From positions 1 to 45,647 of the forward strand of contig QHTZ01000097.1 in NCBI GenBank assembly GCA_003221005.1: DNA of 45,647 nt, given 5' to 3'. The notes below the pieces were generated by a model. The model saw only the letters and a list, made by a program, of their open reading frames with translations, did not search any database and was not told where the DNA came from. This DNA comes from Gemmatimonadota bacterium (lineage in GTDB: Bacteria > Gemmatimonadota > Gemmatimonadetes > Gemmatimonadales > GWC2-71-9). Each line of letters starts with the position of its first letter. The stretch's first letter is position 1. Positions 38,109 to 45,647 of this stretch are shown here, one piece after another. The position numbers and the translations under genes were made by a program.

Positions 38109-38984
38109 ATGGGGCTGGGAGCCGACCGCTACACCTCCCGGGCGGGCACGCTGCTGTTCGTGGGGTGCGTAGCGCTCTCCTTCGCCGCGATGAGCCTGCC
38201 GGACCGGGTGCGCGACCCTCTGGCGGGCCTGCTGCGCCAGACGGTGCTCGCCCCGCTCCTCGCCCTCCAAGAACAGTCGCAGCTCCTCGCCGCGTCGCTG
38301 TCGCGCTACGAGACCGTCGTCGCGGAGCGCGATTCAGCCGCGCTGTCCGCAACCTTCCTCCCCGAGCTGCGGAGCGAGAACGCGCGACTGCGGGCGCTCC
38401 TCGGCCTGGGCCAGCGGCTGGGCGGCGGGTACGCGGCCGCAGAGGTACTGCACCAGTCCACGCCGACGAGCGCGCTGGGGCTGGTCGTGTCCGCTGGCCG
38501 GAGACAGGGAGTGCGGCCTCTCAACGGCGTCGTGAGTCCGGAGGGGCTCGTCGGCATCGTCAGCGCGGTGGACGACCGTACCAGCGTCGTCGTCACCTGG
38601 GCGTATCCGGAATTCCGCGCCAGCGCGATGGCGGCGGACGGGAGCGTGTACGGGATCGTGGCACCCCACGGCACCGAGGGTCCGCGCACCTGGCTGCTGG
38701 AGCTGCGCGGGGTGCCCTACCGGCAGCTCGTGCCCAACGGCACGCTGATCCTCACTTCGGGGCTGGGCGGGGTGTTCCCGCGCGGCATCCCGCTCGGCAC
38801 GGTCGTGGGCGTGGCGGGGGAAGCCGCGGGCTGGGAGCGGACGTACCTGCTGCGGCCGGCGGTCCATCCCGCGGGCGTGTCGCACGTCATGATACTGACC
38901 GCACCCCGCTCCGGAGGGGGAGGGGGAGGGGGAGGGGGGGGCGACGTGCGGAGCGCCTTCGAGAGCGCGGGGGAGCGCCCGTGA
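38109..38984 (+). CDS. mreC: Rod shape-determining protein MreC
   Basis: N-terminal TM, ENARLRALL, GLVG.V, TSGLGGVFPRGIPLG. Confidence 0.92.
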   Translation: MGLGADRYTSRAGTLLFVGCVALSFAAMSLPDRVRDPLAGLLRQTVLAPLLALQEQSQLLAASLSRYETVVAERDSAALSATFLPELRSENARLRALLGLGQRLGGGYAAAEVLHQSTPTSALGLVVSAGRRQGVRPLNGVVSPEGLVGIVSAVDDRTSVVVTWAYPEFRASAMAADGSVYGIVAPHGTEGPRTWLLELRGVPYRQLVPNGTLILTSGLGGVFPRGIPLGTVVGVAGEAAGWERTYLLRPAVHPAGVSHVMILTAPRSGGGGGGGGGGDVRSAFESAGERP

Positions 38985-39478
38985 GGCGCAGCGACAAGTA
39001 CCGCTTCCTCGTGATCCTGGCCGGCCTCGTCGTGCTGCAGTTCTCGGTGCGCCCCAGGCTCGGTGACGACCGCATCGCGCCCGACTTCATGCTCCTGGCG
39101 CTGCTGATCTACACAATCCGGGCGCAGCCGGGGCGCAGCGCCGGAGCAGGGTTCCTGGTGGGATTGCTGCGGGACGCCCTCACGCCGGCGTCCTTCGGCT
39201 CGGGCGCCCTCGCGCACACGGTGGTCGGCTACCTCTCCGCCTGGAGCAAGGCGGTGTTCTTCGCGGAGAACCTGTTCGTGAACGGCTGCCTGTTCTTCGC
39301 GGGAACGTGGTTGCGGAACCTGATCGTCGCGGTCTTCTCCGGGAAGGTGAAGGGCGGCATGCTGGGGTGGGAGCTGCTCGTCTGGTCGCCGATACAGAGT
39401 CTCACGACCGCGCTCGTGGGCGTGGTCGTGCTCTGGATGTTCCGGCGCGAGCTCGCGATCCGGCTGGGGGACGCGTGA
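38981..39478 (+). CDS. mreD: Rod shape-determining protein MreD
   Basis: Hydrophobic ORF with APDFMLL and GFLVGLLRDAL between mreC and mrdA. Confidence 0.88.
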   Translation: MRRSDKYRFLVILAGLVVLQFSVRPRLGDDRIAPDFMLLALLIYTIRAQPGRSAGAGFLVGLLRDALTPASFGSGALAHTVVGYLSAWSKAVFFAENLFVNGCLFFAGTWLRNLIVAVFSGKVKGGMLGWELLVWSPIQSLTTALVGVVVLWMFRRELAIRLGDA

Positions 39479-41436
39479 CGGCATTCCACCCGCATCTCGT
39501 GGCGCGGCGCCTCCGGGTCGCCGAGCTCGTTCTGTGGACCGCCGTCGCCGTGCTGGTCGTCGCGTTCTTCCGGGCCCAAATCCTTGAGCACGGGAAATAC
39601 CAGCTCCAGTCCGAGACGAACCGACTGCGCCCCATTCCCCTTCCGGCGCCGCGCGGCATCATCACCGACCGGAACGGCAAAATCATCGCCGAGAACGTGC
39701 CTGGCTACACCGTATCGGTGCTGCCGGGCGCTGAGGCGACGATCCGCGCGGCGCTCCAACGGATCGCGCCGATCGTGAGGCTCGACAGCGCGGGGATGGC
39801 CCGCGTGCTGGCCCGCTACCGGCGCGCCCCCTACCTGCCGGCGCTGGTGCTCGCGGACGCCAAGTTCGAGGTGGTCTCCCAGCTCGAGGAGCACCGGCTG
39901 CTGATTCCGGGCTTGCTTATCCAGCCCGAGCCGAAGCGTTTCTACCCGGACAGCGCGATCGCCGCGCATCTCGCCGGGGACATCGGCGAAGTGACGGAGA
40001 CTGAGCGCGCCCAGCGGCGGTTCGCCGCGGTGCGGCTCGGGGGACTCGTCGGCAAAGACGGTCTCGAGCGGGAGTACGACGATTCGCTGCGCGGCGCGGA
40101 TGGGCTACGGTTCGTGGAAGTCAGCGCGCTGGGCCACGTGGTGCGTGAGGCCGGCGCCGCGCCGACGCTCGCTCCGGTGCCGGGGAGCCCGCTCCACACG
40201 ACGATCGACCTCGACCTGCAACGCTACGTCGCGCGCATCTTCCCGGCGGGGCGCCGCGGCGCGGTCGTGGCGCTGAACCCCAACACCGGCGAGGTGCTGG
40301 CGCTGTACAGCGCGCCCGGGTTCGACCCGAACGCCTTCGCGAAGGGCGTCGATCCCGAGTACTGGCGGCGCCTCAGCGAGAGCGAGGCACGGCCGCTGTT
40401 CGACCGGGCGATCCAGGCGCGCTACCCGCCCGGATCCACCTGGAAGCTCGCCATGGCGGCCATGGCGCTGAAGCGGGGCCTCGTCACCCTGAACAGCCAC
40501 ATGCCCATCCCCTGTCGCGGCGGGCTCCAGTACGGCAATCGCTTCTTCCGCTGCTGGATGGCGAAGGGGCACGGTGACCTCACCCTCGCCGAAGCCATCA
40601 CCCAGAGCTGCGACGTCTTCTTCTACCAGCTCGGCCTAAAGCTCGGCCTCACCTCGCTGCTCGAGGACGCGAACAGCTGGGGCTTCCGCGCGCCCACGGG
40701 TGTCGATCTGCCGGGCGAGATCCGACCCGACTTCCCGACCGGTCCGGAGTATTACGACCGCCTGTACGGCGCGCGCCGCTGGACGGCGGCGGTGACTCTG
40801 AACCTCGCCATCGGTCAGGGCGAGAACGCGCAGACCCTCGTGAACATGGTGCGGTTCTATCAGATGCTCGCGAGCGATGGACGCGAGCGGCCGCCTTACA
40901 TCGTACGTCCGCCGGCGGCCGGCGGGACGGGCGTGACCCTGGGGTTGACGCCGGAGCAGCTCGCGGGGCTGCGCCAGGCGATGATCAGCGTCGTGCAACG
41001 CGGCACGGCCCGCGGCGCGGCTGGTCGTTTCAGCACGATCTCGATCGCGGGGAAGACCGGTACCGCGCAGAACCCGCACGGGCCGGCACACGGCTGGTTC
41101 ATCGGGTTCGCGCCCGCGGACAGGCCCGAGATCGTGGTCGGCGCCGTCGTGGAATTCGCCCGGGAGGGTCCGTACGTCGCGCCGCTCGTGGCGCGCGTCA
41201 TCGCCCGCTATCTGGGCGCGGACTCGACTGAGGCTCCGGACATCCGGCTCACTCTCCCGACAGACACAGCGCCGCACGCCGTGCAGGTACTCCCTGGGGC
41301 TCCCGACACCCTCGTTCCCCTGCCGGGCGTTTTACCAGACACGACGCGCGCCTACCCGGACACGGGCGTCCCCCAGTCCCCTCCCCGTCCCGCTATCGAC
41401 ACGGGTCATGCGACCGCCCCTCCGCGAGATCGATAA
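39475..41436 (+). CDS. mrdA: Penicillin-binding protein 2
   Basis: APRGIITDRNG, YPPGSTWK (SxxK), SCDVFFY, GKTGTAQ. Confidence 0.95.
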   Translation: MTAFHPHLVARRLRVAELVLWTAVAVLVVAFFRAQILEHGKYQLQSETNRLRPIPLPAPRGIITDRNGKIIAENVPGYTVSVLPGAEATIRAALQRIAPIVRLDSAGMARVLARYRRAPYLPALVLADAKFEVVSQLEEHRLLIPGLLIQPEPKRFYPDSAIAAHLAGDIGEVTETERAQRRFAAVRLGGLVGKDGLEREYDDSLRGADGLRFVEVSALGHVVREAGAAPTLAPVPGSPLHTTIDLDLQRYVARIFPAGRRGAVVALNPNTGEVLALYSAPGFDPNAFAKGVDPEYWRRLSESEARPLFDRAIQARYPPGSTWKLAMAAMALKRGLVTLNSHMPIPCRGGLQYGNRFFRCWMAKGHGDLTLAEAITQSCDVFFYQLGLKLGLTSLLEDANSWGFRAPTGVDLPGEIRPDFPTGPEYYDRLYGARRWTAAVTLNLAIGQGENAQTLVNMVRFYQMLASDGRERPPYIVRPPAAGGTGVTLGLTPEQLAGLRQAMISVVQRGTARGAAGRFSTISIAGKTGTAQNPHGPAHGWFIGFAPADRPEIVVGAVVEFAREGPYVAPLVARVIARYLGADSTEAPDIRLTLPTDTAPHAVQVLPGAPDTLVPLPGVLPDTTRAYPDTGVPQSPPRPAIDTGHATAPPRDR

Positions 41437-42655
41437 GCCGCTTGCCGGCGTGGTGGTCGGGCTCGCGGCCTACGGGCTCGCGACCGTGTATTCGGCCGGC
41501 CAGACCGACGTTCCGACGGTCGCCGCGACCATCTGGCACCGCCAGCTCATCTGGCTGGTCCTGGGCGGAATCGCCACGCTCGTCATGTACCGCGTGTCGC
41601 CGCGGCTGCTTGAGTGGGCGACGCCTTACGTCTACGGCACCGCAGTGTTCTTCCTGGTGCTCACGCTATTTGTGGGCACGGGGGCCGGCACCGCGGCGGC
41701 TAGCCGCTCCTGGATGACTGTGGGCGGGGTGCGACTCGGTCAGCCGGCTGAGATCGCCAAGCTGGCCGTCATTCTCATGCTCGCGCGCTGGCTCGTCGCT
41801 AGGCGGGAGGGGCCGGCCACGCTGCGGGAGCTCGTCTACCCGTGCGCCGTTGCCGGCGTGCCGTCGCTCCTGGTGCTGCTGCAGCCCGACCTGGGGAGCG
41901 CGCTTGTGTTCGTGGCGATTCTGTTCGCGATGTTGTTCTGGGCGGGGACCAGGCCCACGGTCCTCTTCCTGCTCGCGTCACCCGTAATCGGTCTCGTGCT
42001 CGCCTTCTCCACGGGAGTGTGGGGCGCGTGGATCGTGCTGCTGTTCGCCCTGCTCCTCTGGTGGCGGCCGTACGTGTGGGAAGGGCTGGTGGTCATGCTG
42101 GTCAACGTGGCCATGGGGGCGATCGCCCTCCCCTTCTGGAGGCACCTCGCCCCGTATCAGCAGAACCGCCTCCTGGCCTTCCTCAATCCTGAGGTGGACC
42201 CGCGGGCGACCGGCTGGCACGTGATCCAGTCAAAGGTGGCGATCGGGTCCGGGGGCTTCCTCGGCAAGGGGTTCACCCTCGGCTCCCAGAAGCGGCTGGC
42301 CTTCCTCCCGGCCCAGCACACCGACTTCATCTTCTCGGTGGTGGGGGAGGAGCTCGGCTTCATCGGGGTCCTTTTGGCGCTGGCGCTGTTTGCGGGGCTG
42401 ATCGTCGTGCTGCTGCGGATCGCCCGGCGCGCTACCGACCCCTATTCCAGCCTGTGCGTGTTCGGGTGTGCCAGCTTGCTGTTCACGCACATGGCCGAGA
42501 ACATCGGAATGACCGTTAACCTGCTCCCCATCACGGGCATCCCGCTGCCGTTTTTCTCGTACGGCGGGTCGTTCCTGCTCGTGTGTTGCCTCTCGGTGGG
42601 GATCAGCCTGCGGGTAGCCTGGGAGTCACGGCTGTCCGGATATGTTGATTTGTGA
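41408..42655 (+). CDS. rodA: Rod shape-determining protein RodA (SEDS family)
   Basis: QPAEIAK, LQPDLGSA, SKVAIGSGG, HTDFIFSVVGEELGF, PITGIPLPFFSYGGS. Confidence 0.96.
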   Translation: MRPPLREIDKPLAGVVVGLAAYGLATVYSAGQTDVPTVAATIWHRQLIWLVLGGIATLVMYRVSPRLLEWATPYVYGTAVFFLVLTLFVGTGAGTAAASRSWMTVGGVRLGQPAEIAKLAVILMLARWLVARREGPATLRELVYPCAVAGVPSLLVLLQPDLGSALVFVAILFAMLFWAGTRPTVLFLLASPVIGLVLAFSTGVWGAWIVLLFALLLWWRPYVWEGLVVMLVNVAMGAIALPFWRHLAPYQQNRLLAFLNPEVDPRATGWHVIQSKVAIGSGGFLGKGFTLGSQKRLAFLPAQHTDFIFSVVGEELGFIGVLLALALFAGLIVVLLRIARRATDPYSSLCVFGCASLLFTHMAENIGMTVNLLPITGIPLPFFSYGGSFLLVCCLSVGISLRVAWESRLSGYVDL

Positions 42656-42734
42656 CAACGGGTTATCAAACTAGGCCTAGCGCGGTTTGGGGGGGTCGCC
42701 CAAATTGTCGCCTCCGACCCCTCCCATGGCGCGA

Positions 42735-43588
42735 ATGGCCTGGTTCAAAAAGGAACGCAAGCCGCGCACGACGGAACGCGTACGGCTGGAGATTCCTGCC
42801 GACGCCTGGGAAAAATGCGACGAATGCGGGCACATCGACATCAAGGAGCGGTTCGTTGCCGCCCTCAACGTCTGCCCGAACTGTGGCTATCATCGCCGCA
42901 TCAGCGCCCAAGAATACATCGACCTTCTAGTTGACGAGGGCTCCTGGCACGAGCTGGACGGGAAGCTCCGCTCTGCCGACCCCCTGTCGTTCGAGAACTA
43001 TCCCCAGCGCCTCGAGCTCGCCCGGCAGAAGGCCGGTCCACTCGAGGCGCTCCGCTCGGGCTACGCCCGCCTCGACGGCATGCCGGTGGACCTGGCGGTC
43101 ATGGATTTCGCGTTCATGGGCGGCTCGATGGGCTCTGTGGTCGGTGAGAAGATCGCCCGGCTCACCCGGCGCTCAGCGGAGAAGGATATCCCCCTGATCA
43201 TCGTTTCAGCCTCCGGGGGAGCACGGATGCAGGAGGGGGTGCTCTCGCTGATGCAGATGGCCAAGACGTCGGTGGAGATCGCCCGGCTCCAGCAGGAGGG
43301 CGTGCCCTTCATCTCGATCCTCACCAACCCCACGACCGGCGGAGTCTCGGCTTCCTTCGCGATGCAGGGCGACGTGATCCTCGCCGAGCCGGGGGCGGTC
43401 GTGGGGTTCGCCGGACCGCGGGTCATCAAGCAGACGATCGGGCAGGATCTTCCGGAGGGCTTCCAGACGGCCGAATTCCTCGTGGAGCACGGCATGGTGG
43501 ACGCCGTGGTGCCGCGGAGTGAGCTGCGCGATACCACGGCGCGGCTGCTGCGGCACATGGCCGGCCGGCAACCGGCGGAGGCCGCCGA

Positions 43589-43592
<4 letters not shown>
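42735..43592 (+). CDS. accD: Acetyl-CoA carboxylase carboxyltransferase beta subunit
   Basis: MAWFKK, zinc finger CDEC...CPNC, FMGGSMGSVVGEK, SGGARMQEG, PTTGGVSAS, EGFQTAEFL; start 42726 or 42735. Confidence 0.96.
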
Positions 43593-44711
<1,119 letters not shown>

Positions 44712-44720
44712 ATTGTTGCG

Positions 44721-45647
44721 ATGCAAGGACAAGCCCTACCAGGCTTCCGCGACTTTTACCCCGACGATCTCTCCCTACGCAACCACATCTTCACCACCTG
44801 GCGCCGCGTCGCCGCGCGCTATGGGTTTGTGGAGTACGATGGTCCCCCGCTCGAGCCCCTGGAGCTCTACACGCAGAAGAGCGGGGATGAGATCGTGGGG
44901 CAGCTGTACGAGTTCACGGACAAGGGGGAGCGGCGCGTCGCCCTGCGGCCTGAGATGACCCCGACGCTCGCCCGCATGGTCGGGGCGCGGGCCCAGGCGC
45001 TGAAGAAGCCGATTCGCTGGTTCTCGATCCCGCAGCTGTTCCGCTATGAGCGGCAGCAGCGCGGCCGGCTGCGCGAGCACTTCCAGCTCAATATGGATCT
45101 GATCGGGGAGGCGGGGCCGCTGGCCGACGCGGAGCTGATCGCCGCCGCCATCGATATTCTGAGGGGTTTTGGATTCGGGCCACAGGACGTGAAGGCGCGC
45201 GTCTCCGATCGGCGGGTGCTGCGAGTGCTGCTCCTCGCCCGTGGGGTGCCCGAAGCGGAGCTGCCCGTCGCGTTTCGGGTGCTCGACAAGGCCGAGCGTG
45301 AGCCGCGCGTCCTGGAGCAGACCGGAAGCACCATCGCCGAGGTGGCAGCACTGCGGGGGCTCCCAGCCGTCCGAGACGCACTGACCAAGGCACGGGCTGC
45401 GGATGTCGGAGAGCCGCTCATCGAATCGATCAATGCGCTCAGCGCGATGGGGCTCGGCGACTTCGTCGAGGTCGATCTCACGATCGTGCGCGGGCTCGCT
45501 TACTACACGGGGATTGTGTTCGAGTTGTTCGACACGGGCAAGTCACTGCGGGCCATCTGCGGCGGCGGCCGCTACGACGGCTTGCTCAAGACCCTCGGGG
45601 GAGTGGACCTCCCGGCGCTCGGATTCGGCATGGGAGACGTCGTCTTG
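44721..45647 (+). CDS. hisS: Histidyl-tRNA synthetase (partial, runs off the 3' edge; absent from the ORF track)
   Basis: MQGQALPGFRDFYP, LRPEMTPTLAR, FRYERQQRGRLREHFQ, VRGLAYYTG.VFE, GGGRYD. Confidence 0.96.
   Translation, partial: MQGQALPGFRDFYPDDLSLRNHIFTTWRRVAARYGFVEYDGPPLEPLELYTQKSGDEIVGQLYEFTDKGERRVALRPEMTPTLARMVGARAQALKKPIRWFSIPQLFRYERQQRGRLREHFQLNMDLIGEAGPLADAELIAAAIDILRGFGFGPQDVKARVSDRRVLRVLLLARGVPEAELPVAFRVLDKAEREPRVLEQTGSTIAEVAALRGLPAVRDALTKARAADVGEPLIESINALSAMGLGDFVEVDLTIVRGLAYYTGIVFELFDTGKSLRAICGGGRYDGLLKTLGGVDLPALGFGMGDVVL

Overview
High-GC (roughly 70% by eye) bacterial chromosomal segment. Gene order and protein families point to Gemmatimonadota, probably a metagenome-assembled genome (inference). 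About 11.2-45.6 kb is mostly core housekeeping DNA on the + strand: tyrA-aroA-cmk-rpsA; an acyl-CoA carboxylase cluster containing an RlmD-like gene; rplM-rpsI-rpsB-tsf-pyrH-frr-uppS-cdsA-dxr-rseP; rpsO-pnp-M16 peptidase-ald-dut; mreBCD-mrdA-rodA; accD-folC-hisS. The first 11 kb holds a FadL-type porin, a divergent galactokinase, tRNA-Leu(TAA) and an accessory block: a lipoprotein, two tandem paralogous zinc-ribbon genes with upstream repeats, a small exported protein, a histidine kinase/response regulator pair, a Ser/Thr kinase-TPR receptor and an Ig-like lipoprotein. I saw no CRISPR, integrase or transposase. Most notable signals: (i) 7- and 8-bp tandem arrays inside conserved genes, two forming a perfect 19-bp inverted repeat about 450 nt apart; (ii) the uncharacterised zinc-ribbon gene pair; (iii) an RlmD homolog lacking its catalytic Cys; (iv) an unannotated 33-aa membrane peptide with a promoter and palindrome; (v) a probable CTG start for folC; (vi) three deletion-type frameshifts (two in core genes, rpsB and folC) that are probably assembly artefacts. 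I cannot demonstrate a wholly new multi-gene system from sequence alone; the zinc-ribbon block and the repeat family are the best candidates.
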